In this document: piece after piece, positions 9,753-20,284 of the stretch
Numbering within the stretch: position 1 is the first letter of the stretch
Layout: each line of letters begins with the position of its first letter
Source: Meyerozyma guilliermondii
Taxonomy: Eukaryota
Direction: 5' to 3'
Assembly: GCA_051546255.1 (NCBI GenBank)
Contig: CP128822.1
Span: 248,001-312,000, forward strand
DNA length: 64,000 nt
The notes under the pieces: generated by a model
Database searches by the model: none
Told to the model about the DNA's origin: nothing
Seen by the model: only the letters and a program-made list of their open reading frames with translations
Program-made: the position numbers and the translations under genes

Positions 9753-11201
9753 TCATGCCAAACGGAATTCTCCATTGGAAGTTACATAGCCAAACTGCTT
9801 GCAATCGTGAAGAGTGGAAATGAGGTTGTCGATGTCTGAGAAGTTGGCATCGTCAGCAGCGAAATTGCGATGTCTGCTAGATGATATATGGTCTTCAAAA
9901 CAATCGTATTTGACGCGGCAGTTCTCGCAGTATCCCGGCTTCAAGTCCTTTTCTTTTTCATCGTGTTGTTTTTGGCGACGTTTCATGAAAATACGACGCT
10001 TGAGATTATTGACATTACGAGATGGGACACCGGAAATCGTGGGACCAAGTCCGTTTCCCGTGACGGAATTGGAAGCAGAAGCAGAATCATGAGCATTAGA
10101 TGCGCCGTAGTAACCCGAGGCTGCAACTTCAAAGAACTTGGCTGGTTGCATGGACGAATCGCGAGTGAGAGGTGGGGGTTGGAATTCTTCAGCAGCAATT
10201 GCTTCTCCGCTAGTTAATGCAGGTAGCGAATCATCCTCTGGTGCTTCGGAAAGGGTGGCGTCGGTGAGTTGACCACGGACGATGTCATGCGATATTTGGC
10301 GTAATCTTTGGCGATATTCGCGAGTAGCCTCAAATTTTTGTAATCGACGGAGACGTTTTTTATCCAGATTATCACCTCCTTCAGCTATGAAAGGACACTT
10401 TCCATCTAATGTCAATCCAAACTCGGGATAGGGAGATTCACCCCACTCGCGTACAGCAATGGGCCGGACAGTTTGCGCCATATCATACACATACAAGTAT
10501 GGCCCTTCAAGATAATGTAAGTCATCTCGGCGGGCATTGGGGTCTCTGTCAGTGGCTCCAAAGATTTTTTCTTCGCGAAGAAGATGTGAAAGGTTGGAAG
10601 GTTGGGTCAGTTGTTGGCGTTTCAGTTCAGGTCTCACGTCTTGTACTGGAGAGCTCAAATAACGCAAGAACCGAAATACTTTATCGTAGCTCCAAACCTT
10701 GATTTTAAGCTCCACAGCGTCGTGAAATATATCGTTGCCCTGGTACACTTTAGAAGCTACGAACGGCCTTCGAGATACAATGATGGTGACATCATGGTCA
10801 TAGAAGGGGACAATGCTACATCCCACCAGCTTCAATGCTCTCTGGGCTCGCTTTTGCTCTGCCACCTGGGCAACACTATTATCTCCTCCCTGTGTGTCGA
10901 AGTAAACCACGCTTTCACGCATGATCTTTCTCCATGAAGTCTGCCAGGCAAGTAACTCTTCACCAACAAGTTTACCTCTTGTATCTTTCTCTTTTTCCTT
11001 TACATCTCTGGCTTCAATGGCATCTCTGCCTTCTACTTCAGGTTGACTTTTGGATTCCTTCTTTTCTTCGTGGCCAAGACGGAGGTCAGGTTTGTTGATA
11101 TTAATGCTTTTGACCGTTGTTCGATGAACTTTTTGCTTCTTGTGCACTGGCGAAGGGACATTCGCACTCGTCTCCTTAAGAGGAGGCCGAGTACGCTCCA
11201 T
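9753..11201 (-). CDS. DBF4: Cdc7 kinase regulatory subunit Dbf4
   Basis: Motif N (WQTSWRKIMRESVVYFD, BRCT-like), motif M (PYLYVYD...PIAVREW), zinc-finger motif C (GYCENCRVKYDCFEDHISSSRH). Confidence 0.93.
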   Translation of the reverse strand: MERTRPPLKETSANVPSPVHKKQKVHRTTVKSININKPDLRLGHEEKKESKSQPEVEGRDAIEARDVKEKEKDTRGKLVGEELLAWQTSWRKIMRESVVYFDTQGGDNSVAQVAEQKRAQRALKLVGCSIVPFYDHDVTIIVSRRPFVASKVYQGNDIFHDAVELKIKVWSYDKVFRFLRYLSSPVQDVRPELKRQQLTQPSNLSHLLREEKIFGATDRDPNARRDDLHYLEGPYLYVYDMAQTVRPIAVREWGESPYPEFGLTLDGKCPFIAEGGDNLDKKRLRRLQKFEATREYRQRLRQISHDIVRGQLTDATLSEAPEDDSLPALTSGEAIAAEEFQPPPLTRDSSMQPAKFFEVAASGYYGASNAHDSASASNSVTGNGLGPTISGVPSRNVNNLKRRIFMKRRQKQHDEKEKDLKPGYCENCRVKYDCFEDHISSSRHRNFAADDANFSDIDNLISTLHDCKQFGYVTSNGEFRLA

Positions 11202-11414
11202 GATTTGAATTTTGAAGGACTTGTTTAGATTTTAAAAAAAACAGAAACGATGAGAATTCGAGATTGAACGGCTCAAAATTAGTATGGCGCTCTGTATAAA
11301 ATGCTGGACTCGAGCTGATGCAGAGAAACAATCCTGGTGTCAATAATTAGCCGTCCGATGTTTGGAGACACTGGGTTCAAGATGCCATTCGTTGACAATA
11401 AACAGTGCGATGCA

Positions 11415-11420
11415 ACGCGT
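11415..11420. promoter_or_regulatory. MCB element (ACGCGT) upstream of DBF4
   Basis: Exact MluI cell-cycle box about 210 bp 5' of a G1/S replication gene. Confidence 0.5.
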
Positions 11421-11819
11421 AGGTGAGAAGCTGGTGTACGGGCGTGAAAGACAAGAGAAGAGAAAAAAGGGGATAGAAAACAGTTAAAAACCAAAACAGT
11501 AAACGGAAATCAGCCTCGGAACTATCTCTTTCTTTCTGTATATATTTTTATCAAGGTTTGTTTCCATAATTGTATCATATTTGTCATATATAATATACTG
11601 CACACAACCACCTGCACACAACTCAATTAACAATCCACACTTTAACCATTATCGTCTCCATCTTCTTCTTAATCCACATCTCCATTTCGCTTTTCAGTTT
11701 GCGATTTTGCGTATCCGCCCGTCTACTAACCACGAGAGTTGAAAGCACAACTTAAAGAGCACCACTCACAATTTAATTTTGTCCGTTACATTTCCTTATT
11801 CTTTCCTCATATTCATTTT

Positions 11820-12248
11820 ATGTTGCAACTGAAACGAATTTCTCAGGTGCTTGCACAGGGTTTGGTGCCCGTTACCGAATCGGAAACCAGCAGGCCGTTG
11901 GCTATCTCGCTTCTTGCGTCGTCGGGTCTTCCACTAGCCACCGTTACTAGCACAGAACTTGAAACTGAACTCAATCTATCAAGCGATAATGTCAAAATAT
12001 ATTCACTTTTGGGAGTCAATTATTTGCGCCAGCAAGCCAGTGATGATAGCCAGGAGGTGGTGAGAGTACAGAGCGGCCAGTGGACGATAGTCACCCTTGA
12101 CAAGAAGCTCAAACTTGCAATTGCACTGATTAGAGACGACCCCATGTATGTAACCATTCTCTACGACGACAATGTGCTGGACGCAGTTGCCAAGCTCAAA
12201 CTCGACAATTTGTGTGAAACACTTACCAAGGGGCTCGAGGGGTACTAG
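11820..12248 (+). CDS. SLM4: Probable EGO/Ragulator complex subunit (Slm4/Ego3-like, roadblock fold)
   Basis: ATG at 11820; with CTG=Ser the N-terminus MLQSKRISQVLAQGL and C-terminus AKLKLDNLCETLTKGLEGY resemble Ego3 termini; recognised from memory only. Confidence 0.6.
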   Translation: MLQLKRISQVLAQGLVPVTESETSRPLAISLLASSGLPLATVTSTELETELNLSSDNVKIYSLLGVNYLRQQASDDSQEVVRVQSGQWTIVTLDKKLKLAIALIRDDPMYVTILYDDNVLDAVAKLKLDNLCETLTKGLEGY

Positions 12249-12308
12249 AATCAAAATGTATTACTCAGACCAGATATCACCATGCAATGTATAGCTAACG
12301 GCATCTAT

Positions 12309-13031
12309 TTATTTCGCTGCCATGTCCACGTCTTCCTCGTCCTCCTCCTCTTCTTCGTCATCGTCGCCGTCGTCCATGTCATCCATGAGGCTTTCCTCGT
12401 CGAAGCTTTCGTCATCGCTATCGTACCAAAAGTCCTCGTCGACAGGCTCGTGCTCGGCCTCCTTTCCGTGGGCATTACCCGAACCGTAGGCATAGAGTTC
12501 ACTTTCAGGCATAATGAAGTCGGCGGGAATATCCTGTTTGGATCTTTCCACCTCCTGCAAGACCCGTTTTTTGTATGCTTCCGGGTTTTTTCTCAACTCC
12601 ACCGACGCATCGATGTTGGCGGGCAGCAGCACGTTGGGGTCTTCGAGAAGGGAGATGATGGAGATCAACACCAGCTCCACCGTCTGGGCAGGTGTCCATG
12701 TTTCCGAGTCAGGCTCGTCGGAAGTGGGGTCTCCGCCTTGATGCAAGATGGAGATACACAACCGGCCATCGCGATAAACGTTGGGGTGGTAAATGGCGGG
12801 GGTGAAGCGGAATGTTGGGGGAGCAAACGGGAACTCAGAGGGAAATCTCATCTGGCCCTTGAAGTAGCCACCGTGGTACATGGACTCCTTGTTCAACACC
12901 ATGATGCCGATGTTCCAAAGGAAGATGTTGTCGTCGTCGAGTTCGATGTGGAACGAAGGGATGCCTTTCTTGGGGTCGGTGAGGTCTTTAAATTGTCGCT
13001 GAAGGATGGCAGCGGCAGATTTGGAACTCAT
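12309..13031 (-). CDS. CDC34: Ubiquitin-conjugating enzyme E2 Cdc34
   Basis: YHPNVYRDGRLCISILH active site, acidic loop GDPTSDEPDSETW, acidic C-terminal tail; ATG at 13031. Confidence 0.96.
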   Translation of the reverse strand: MSSKSAAAILQRQFKDLTDPKKGIPSFHIELDDDNIFLWNIGIMVLNKESMYHGGYFKGQMRFPSEFPFAPPTFRFTPAIYHPNVYRDGRLCISILHQGGDPTSDEPDSETWTPAQTVELVLISIISLLEDPNVLLPANIDASVELRKNPEAYKKRVLQEVERSKQDIPADFIMPESELYAYGSGNAHGKEAEHEPVDEDFWYDSDDESFDEESLMDDMDDGDDDEEEEEDEEDVDMAAK

Positions 13032-13131
13032 GATGGAAACTGTGATATTCTGTGTTTTGTTGCAACTGTTTCGAGGGGGTGTTATTTTGCTAGTTTGACA
13101 ACCGGTTTTGATCTGTAACCGTGACAAATGT

Positions 13132-13140
13132 GGTGGCAAA
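13132..13140 (+). promoter_or_regulatory. Rpn4/PACE element GGTGGCAAA upstream of CDC34
   Basis: Exact PACE 9-mer about 100 bp 5' of a ubiquitin-system gene. Confidence 0.5.
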
Positions 13141-13885
13141 TACGTGGGATTCCTTTTGGCAAATGTAAAGCAGGTTTGTATCTGTGTTCGATTTCACAAA
13201 AAGAACACCACTGATGCCTGTTTGTGATTTAGTGTCGCTGAGTAATTTTGACCAGACGACTGGAAACACAAAACAAAAACTGTGAAGGTTTCGTTTAAGA
13301 TATCAACGGAAGACTGCTACTACAGGAGTGTACAGCAGGAAACAAGCCGATACCAACAAAAAAAATTAAATGTGGAATAACAAATAAGATGAAAATCAGA
13401 AATGCAAAAATGCCGTTCCTTCCCACCACAGCGGCCCTGCACGAGCACGGACATAAAACGAAACAGTGCGCACCCGTACACCAGGGATCGGATCCCCGAT
13501 CGCAATCGCCTCAGACGATGTGGGTCGCGCCGGGCGCCCAATCATTGGTGCGGCAGTAAGCGCTGCGATAGGCTGTGTGCAGGAAGCGGCTAGGTTGGTA
13601 GTCAAAGTTAGTATGATCATCGATAATCTAACATACTCGTTAGAGTATTGATTGAGTATAATTGAGATTTTGTTTGTTTTCTTTTGTCTTTTCTTTTTTC
13701 TTTCTTGTCTTTTCTTTTTCTTTCTTGTCTCTCTTATTCTAGACCACATTCCTGCACCGTGCTTCCGCTCCCCCAGATAACCGCAAACGCTCTCTTGAAT
13801 CAGGTTTGTGTGCCGTTTCGTGACCACAACAAATACACATCATTACTGCCAATTGTGACGTTAGTCAACCCCAGTAACTCCCCAG

Positions 13886-16258
13886 ATGGATTTTGAAGAA
13901 CAGTTGGAAAAAGCTGAGCGTCTTGAGTCTCCTTCTCTTGTAGGGTCGTCACTTCGATCCGCTGACGATTCTCCTCATAACAACTACATTCACCCCGAAA
14001 AGTATAAAACTCGCCCCAAAAACAAGAATGCTCACTCGTTGTTGAACTCGCAAATCGGAGCTTCGCTTGACGATTTGATCTCTGAGGGTGCACTTTTGGG
14101 CTCGGAGGAAGACTTTGAAAAGTTCTTGGACGACGGGGGTCACGTCAAGGACGATGCTCGGTACTTGGAGACCGACGGCGAGAATGCGGAAAAGGAAAAG
14201 AAGGAAAAAAATGTAAAAGAACGGTCGTCTCCGTTGAAAAATGAGGTCAATGATAGCGAGCTGACCAGCAAGCTGGACGGTGAGTTGGCCAAAAATGTGG
14301 ACGATCAGTCGCTGGTTTCTCACGATTCCAAGTCTGTCGACGCTAAGGCGTCGGCTAGTGAATCTTCAATTGCCGTGGGCGACTCAGAGTCGAAGAAAGA
14401 TGGCCTTTATTCCACTCCAAATCTTTCCGAGTACCAACTTGAGCACCTGATCAAGGACCACAACGAAATGCTTTCGTACGTGAAATCTCACAATCTCGAT
14501 AAGCTTCCGGGCTACCGAGCTGAGCCCAAGAATGCCCAGCTTTTAAGAGACTCCAGAGTGCCGCTGGCACTGCCTACTACGGCCTCTTTTGGCGACGCTG
14601 TGGCCATACACACGGGGCCCTCTGAAGGTCTTCACACTCCGTACTTCCAGCACGATGGCCGGTCGAGATCGAGATCGCAAAACAGAAGCCGTATTGCCGA
14701 AAGATCCAGATCTCGTTCGTCAGTGAAGCCTCATTTGGCTCGTGGTGACTCCTACAAGAATATCCACGAAGATGAGCCTTCAAAGTACGAGTTACCTTCA
14801 GATTGGGAGGCTACGGAGGAGGAGGAGAATACCGATGGTGATAGGCGCTCGAGACAATCGAAACCTACATTGGGTGACTCGATTGCTGCAGCTGAAGCTG
14901 CTCGTGAACAGCAAAAGTTTCATCAAGATGCCCGTGCAAGTTCCGCCGCTTCTTTACTTACCACAGGAGACTACACCAATTTCAATGTGGATATTCCTGA
15001 ACCCACGTACTTTAATGGTCGTTCTGCTTCGTCTACTAATTACTTGCGTTCTATCTCCAGATCTCGTTCGAGACAACCAGAAAGCAAGAGACACAGCCAG
15101 CTCACCGAAAAGAATGACGCTGATCCCGAGGAGCTCATAAGCGAAGGAGCACTTGTCACAGATGACCCATACTCGTCTATCAACCATTTGGATACGATGA
15201 TGGAGGAAGTGTTGGGCAAGAAAGACGACAAGAAGGAAGAGAAAGGAGCCGAGGCTCCAACTCCGAACAAAGCCATTCCTGAGACTGACGTGAGTAAAGC
15301 AGACGCTACTAAGAAGTCCAATGATAGCGAGCGTGAGAAGGGCTCCGTGACTGATGCAAAGGAAGAACTTCCTGGTAAAGCGAACGAGAAGGAAGAAACC
15401 GAAGCGAGGGAAGAAACGACCAAGGATGAGAAGGAAGATGCCAAAGATGAAACAAAGGAACCAGCAGTCATTGAGACATCAAAGGTAGAAACTGAAGGTG
15501 ACACGGCACATGAGAAGTTGGCTCCATCAGAAGACAACGAAGAGCTGGCTGTTCCCACTGAGGGCCAACTGAAGAAAGCCAACGATGTGATATCCGAAGA
15601 CGTTGATCAAGACGAGAAGGATATCAAGGTTGAAGCACCTGATGTGAAAGAGAAGGAAGAAGAGAATCCTACTGAAGAGATCAAAAAGAAGGGAGAAAGC
15701 CAAGAGGCCGAACCAGAAAAGAAGACTTTGATCACGGACTACACGGAGCCCATAAATCAAGATTCGGTACCCGAAGACAAAGAGCCTGCGGCTGCTAAGA
15801 ATGATGATGTCGTTGGCGAAACTATGGTTACAAAGCCAGAGGAAAAAAAAGACGAAACCTCCAAACAGGTGAAAGACAAACAGGTTGAAAAAGGGGTACA
15901 AGTTTCGAAGGAACCCGTGAAAGAGGTGAAAGACGACGACGATTTCGATGTGTCTCCCGAGGAACTTCGCAAGCATCTCGAGTCGCAGCCGGTTTACATC
16001 TTTACTTCTTTTGCTGGTGGAATGCAAATAATGCACCGTACCAACAGACTCGCTACGATTTTGAAAGGTAACGGCATTGAGTTTACTCAAAGAGACTTGG
16101 GAACAGATGAAGAAGCCAAGAAGATATGGAGAAGATACTCAGCCGGCAAGACTCTTCCCGGAGTCGTTCGTGGCGATGACTTTATTGGAAACTGGGAAGA
16201 CATTGACGAAGCCAATGAAGAGTATCAGGTGAGGGTCCTTGTATACGAGACTTTGTAG
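13886..16258 (+). CDS. AIP5: Aip5/YFR016C-like protein: acidic disordered region plus C-terminal SH3BGR/thioredoxin-like domain
   Basis: C-terminus PVYIFTSFAGG...RTNRLATILKGN...RDLGTDEEAKKIW...LPGVVRG. Confidence 0.75.
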   Translation: MDFEEQLEKAERLESPSLVGSSLRSADDSPHNNYIHPEKYKTRPKNKNAHSLLNSQIGASLDDLISEGALLGSEEDFEKFLDDGGHVKDDARYLETDGENAEKEKKEKNVKERSSPLKNEVNDSELTSKLDGELAKNVDDQSLVSHDSKSVDAKASASESSIAVGDSESKKDGLYSTPNLSEYQLEHLIKDHNEMLSYVKSHNLDKLPGYRAEPKNAQLLRDSRVPLALPTTASFGDAVAIHTGPSEGLHTPYFQHDGRSRSRSQNRSRIAERSRSRSSVKPHLARGDSYKNIHEDEPSKYELPSDWEATEEEENTDGDRRSRQSKPTLGDSIAAAEAAREQQKFHQDARASSAASLLTTGDYTNFNVDIPEPTYFNGRSASSTNYLRSISRSRSRQPESKRHSQLTEKNDADPEELISEGALVTDDPYSSINHLDTMMEEVLGKKDDKKEEKGAEAPTPNKAIPETDVSKADATKKSNDSEREKGSVTDAKEELPGKANEKEETEAREETTKDEKEDAKDETKEPAVIETSKVETEGDTAHEKLAPSEDNEELAVPTEGQLKKANDVISEDVDQDEKDIKVEAPDVKEKEEENPTEEIKKKGESQEAEPEKKTLITDYTEPINQDSVPEDKEPAAAKNDDVVGETMVTKPEEKKDETSKQVKDKQVEKGVQVSKEPVKEVKDDDDFDVSPEELRKHLESQPVYIFTSFAGGMQIMHRTNRLATILKGNGIEFTQRDLGTDEEAKKIWRRYSAGKTLPGVVRGDDFIGNWEDIDEANEEYQVRVLVYETL

Positions 16259-16652
16259 TCAAGTAGCTATACGATACGATACTCAAACCCAAATAGTATT
16301 AAAATAACAATAGTCTTCAGTAGTATAAAGCAAATTAAATTAGTCTACAGTAGTCAGTAGTATCTTGCAGATCGCCCAAGTCCGATTCGCACCATTGTTG
16401 ACGCACAAGCGATTAAAATTACGCTCGTAAACCGTCGTGCGTCGCCGCAGCGCTACGTGGACGCTGAAAAATCCAATTTACCCAACCTTCGTTCCAGGGC
16501 TCCTTTTGCTTTTCTACCACTTCTAGCATCACCTTTGTGTACCTAGACATCCTGGAACTCCACTCGTGTGATATCTGGCTCGTGTTGTGATTCTTGTCGT
16601 CGTTTCCTCTTGTTTCAATCTTTTTTCGTGCTTCTCCCATTTGTGATTTACC

Positions 16653-19600
16653 ATGTCTACACCAGCTGAAATCATTGCTGCTCGTGTCAATGGCCAAGCT
16701 GACGCTGCGCCGACCGACGCCACTCCTTCTAATTCGCTGGAACTTACTGACTCGCCGAAAACTCCGTCGGTAACTGACGAATCGGCGTTTCCCACATTGG
16801 GTGGAAAGAAGGCTAGTTTTTCCACTTTGTCTTCTTGGGGTCCGCTGATGAAAAAGGGAGCCAATGCCTCTGAATCCGCTCCACTGGAATCGAAACCGGC
16901 GGTTTCTGTTGCTGCTGGAAAGTTTAAATCGTCAACTATCCAAGAAGCGTTTTCATTGGATGTCGAAGACCAGCTCAATGTGGCCCGGACCGAGTTCATC
17001 AAGATCTTGACCCAGATCCGTGGTGACACAGACACCAACATTGAGTGTACTACGTCGCAACATACCAAAAAACGGACATTTTTGATTACTGGTAAACCTG
17101 CCCAGGTTCGCGATGCCAAGAGAATGGTGATCAAAAGACTCACCAAGCCCGTGAAAATTTCGTTTGATATCCCGGCAAAGGTCCGCTCGAGGGTCATTGG
17201 TCAGCAGGGACGCACATTGAAGCCTATCATTGCCGATAACGATGTCAAGATTGATATTGGAAATCCGCAGGAAGTCGAAGGTGTGGACCCCGACGACATC
17301 TACTCGCTGGTGGTGACGGTGTCCATTGAGGGAGATGTCGAGGGATGCAAACATGCCAAGGGCAGAATTTTGGCCATTGTAAAGGACGAAATCAAAGAGT
17401 TGTCTGTTCGTCTTCCCGTTGACGACGCCTTAAAGCCTTTCGTTGCCAATGCCATTGCTCCTATAATCTCCAAATTTTCATCGTTGGATATTTCGGCGCC
17501 TATTTACTCGTCGCCTTCAAACTCGGTGACTTTGGTAGGTGACCGAGAATTGGTCCTCGAAGCAAAGCAGGAGATCATCGATACCCTCGAAGCTTTGGCT
17601 CCACAAATATCCACCCAAGAAGTTCCGATTCCAAAACTTAAACACCAATTCTTGCCAATTGACGATGTGCTTCGTGCGTTCAACGTCTTGATTCAGCTTC
17701 CCAAGGATGGAGAATCCAGCGTAAAATTCGTTGGAAAGAAACAAGACATTCCTAAAGCCCAAGAAATGGCACGTTCCACCACCTCTCTGTACAAAGTAGA
17801 GGCACTTGATATGGCAAAGGCACACAATGGAAACTTGACCCACGTTAAGGCGGTTGCTACGCTCTTGAAGCAGAATGGTACGTTCGACAGAATTGGACGA
17901 GAAAATGACGTTTCGTTGAACGTTCCAGATGTTTCAGTCTTGGCAGATAGTGCTACGACCAGTGTTCCCATCGAGATTGTCGTCAAGAATGATCAAGCAG
18001 AAAATACTAAGAACGCAAAGAAGGCCATTGTGGCCAATGTTAACTCCATTTCTCCTTCCTCCACAAAAGTCATTTCTGACATTGACTCATTTTTGATGCC
18101 TCTGGTCAAAGAAACTATCAAAGACGTTACAGAAAAAAATAATGTGAGTTTTGTCATTTTGGGTTCCGACATCACCTTGTTTAACTTTCTGAACGAACTG
18201 GAGGATTTTGATTTCGTCGACACTAACGAAGCGTTCACCGAGGTGGATACTGAGCTCAATAAATTGCGTGAGTTGCAAAAGGACTTGGATACGGTTGTTA
18301 TCAAGGTTTCCTCTTCGAAACAGCGAGAAATTGCTGGTCCAAGAAACACCACCTTAAAGCTCATTACTGATTCCGCAGATGCTAATAGTGTTCAGGTAAA
18401 GCTTCATTCTAATGCAGATGAAGTGCTCATTCGTGGAGTTGCGACCCAAGTAGCGATCGTCAAAGACTTGATAAATGCTGTGTTAAGCGATGCCGGGGAA
18501 CATGGAGAGAACTACTCGTCTACTGCTGTGGTAGCTTCATCAGTACTCTCTCGCTTGATAGGAAAAAATGGTGCTAATATGACTTCTTTGAGGGAGAAAT
18601 ATGGTGTTAAAATCAACGTTCCAGAGCATGAAAGTGAACAATCCCAAAATCAAACTTCCATCACCATCACCGGACCCAAATTTAACGTCGAGGAGTGCAA
18701 GAAAAATATGATTGAGACGTCCAAAAAGTGGGCTGACGAAACGGTCAAAAGATTGAACATTGAAAGCAAGTTCCACAGGCGGTTGATAGGAGCCAACGGC
18801 GTTTACATCACTCGCTTGCAGGACAAATATAATGTCAAGATTCGGTTCCCAAGCGCTGAAAGCTTTGCGTCGACATTTTCCGATGCTCCAAAGCACAAAG
18901 ACGAAGTCACAGTAAAAGGTCCTTCGAAAGGAGTTGCCAAAGCGGTGCAAGAATTGGAGGAGTTCTATCAATTCCAGAAAGAGAATGGGTTTCAAGAAAT
19001 ACTCCATATTCCAGCACAAGCGATTTCTCGTGTGATCGGAAAGAGTGGAGCCACCATCAACGATATTGCCGACGGTGCTGGAGTTGAGTACCATTTCAAA
19101 AAGAATGCCAAGGCAAACGAGGAAGAAAACTCATCGGAAAAGTCGTCTGAGTTGGAGCTCATAGGTTCTAAATCTGCATTGAGAGAAGCAAAGATGAAGA
19201 TCCAGGACATTATCAATGAAGTTGAAAACACTGTTTCTGAAACCATCAAGGTCGACCCCAAGTACCATCGTGATATCATAGGGTCTGGAGGCTCAAAGAT
19301 GAAGGAGATTATTGCCAACGCTGGAGGTGCAGAACTCTCTGGACCAAAGTATTACAAACTTATGGCAATGCCATCTGAAAGCTCTGGGTCTGACGAAATT
19401 GTTTGTCAAGGTGACAAGCAAATTATTGCCAAGATCATAGAACAGGTTAAAGCGCTTGTAGCTGAAAAGGAGGCAAGTGTAAGTGAACAATACGAGTTGC
19501 CAAAGGAGAAACATGGTCGTCTTGTCGGTCCTGGAGGCTCTGTTCGTCATGCTTTAGAAGACGAATTCAAGGTTTCTATCGCTATTCCTCGCCCCAGCGA

Positions 19601-20228
19601 TATGTCTTCTATCATCAAATTGACTGGTTTGCCAGAAAACATTGCCAAATTGAGACCCAAGCTCGACGAACTTACCAAAAACGAATGGAAAGTCGAATTG
19701 GAGATTCCTGAAAAATACCACATTTTGGTTTCTGAGCGTGGAGGCATCTTCAGAAAGTTGAAGACCGATTACAATATCGATGTTGTCCATGGCAACTTGA
19801 CCAGAAAGGCATCCAAGTTGACCAATGCCTCAATTCCTACTCCGCCAGAAGAGGCATTTGCTGAGTCAGAAGAACCCACAAAAGTTACCATTTCTTCAGC
19901 GGAGCCAGTACTGGAAGAGGATACCATTCCATGGCGGTTGGTTGGTAGCGAAGAAGATACTGCTCGTGCCGCCGAGTTGATCAAAGAACGTTTACAATTT
20001 GCCAAGGAAGCCGACAGTAGAGGATGGATATTCGCCAGCAACCCAGGACTGTTTTCTAAGGTTGTTGGACCTCAAGGAGCTCGTATCAGTCAACTTCGCA
20101 AGAAATTCAATGTGTTTGTAATTGTTCCTCGCAAAGGTGACAAGCACGAGCAGTTCATTTACTTGGTTGGAAAACAAGATGCAATCGAGGCAGCTCTGAA
20201 GGAGATTGTCAAGTTGCTACAGGCATAA
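16653..20228 (+). CDS. SCP160: Vigilin-like multi-KH RNA-binding protein
   Basis: Many GxxG KH loops (VIGQQG, LIGKNG, LIGANG, VIGKSG, IIGSGG, LVGPGG, VVGPQG); N-terminal AFPTLG. Confidence 0.92.
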   Translation: MSTPAEIIAARVNGQADAAPTDATPSNSLELTDSPKTPSVTDESAFPTLGGKKASFSTLSSWGPLMKKGANASESAPLESKPAVSVAAGKFKSSTIQEAFSLDVEDQLNVARTEFIKILTQIRGDTDTNIECTTSQHTKKRTFLITGKPAQVRDAKRMVIKRLTKPVKISFDIPAKVRSRVIGQQGRTLKPIIADNDVKIDIGNPQEVEGVDPDDIYSLVVTVSIEGDVEGCKHAKGRILAIVKDEIKELSVRLPVDDALKPFVANAIAPIISKFSSLDISAPIYSSPSNSVTLVGDRELVLEAKQEIIDTLEALAPQISTQEVPIPKLKHQFLPIDDVLRAFNVLIQLPKDGESSVKFVGKKQDIPKAQEMARSTTSLYKVEALDMAKAHNGNLTHVKAVATLLKQNGTFDRIGRENDVSLNVPDVSVLADSATTSVPIEIVVKNDQAENTKNAKKAIVANVNSISPSSTKVISDIDSFLMPLVKETIKDVTEKNNVSFVILGSDITLFNFLNELEDFDFVDTNEAFTEVDTELNKLRELQKDLDTVVIKVSSSKQREIAGPRNTTLKLITDSADANSVQVKLHSNADEVLIRGVATQVAIVKDLINAVLSDAGEHGENYSSTAVVASSVLSRLIGKNGANMTSLREKYGVKINVPEHESEQSQNQTSITITGPKFNVEECKKNMIETSKKWADETVKRLNIESKFHRRLIGANGVYITRLQDKYNVKIRFPSAESFASTFSDAPKHKDEVTVKGPSKGVAKAVQELEEFYQFQKENGFQEILHIPAQAISRVIGKSGATINDIADGAGVEYHFKKNAKANEEENSSEKSSELELIGSKSALREAKMKIQDIINEVENTVSETIKVDPKYHRDIIGSGGSKMKEIIANAGGAELSGPKYYKLMAMPSESSGSDEIVCQGDKQIIAKIIEQVKALVAEKEASVSEQYELPKEKHGRLVGPGGSVRHALEDEFKVSIAIPRPSDMSSIIKLTGLPENIAKLRPKLDELTKNEWKVELEIPEKYHILVSERGGIFRKLKTDYNIDVVHGNLTRKASKLTNASIPTPPEEAFAESEEPTKVTISSAEPVLEEDTIPWRLVGSEEDTARAAELIKERLQFAKEADSRGWIFASNPGLFSKVVGPQGARISQLRKKFNVFVIVPRKGDKHEQFIYLVGKQDAIEAALKEIVKLLQA

Positions 20229-20284
20229 CAGTAAAACACTAATACAGTGATAAAATAAAAACTAATACAGTTTAATGAAATCTT

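Noticed and set aside
11724..11730. TACTAAC upstream of the SLM4-like gene
   Set aside because: No canonical donor upstream and no YAG at the expected spacing
12282..13118. 278-aa plus-strand ORF antisense to CDC34
   Set aside because: Mirror of the GAC/GAG-rich CDC34 codons; no recognisable domain
13396..13827. 143-aa Lys/Arg-rich minus-strand ORF
   Set aside because: It arises from a polypyrimidine promoter tract; non-ATG start and no domain
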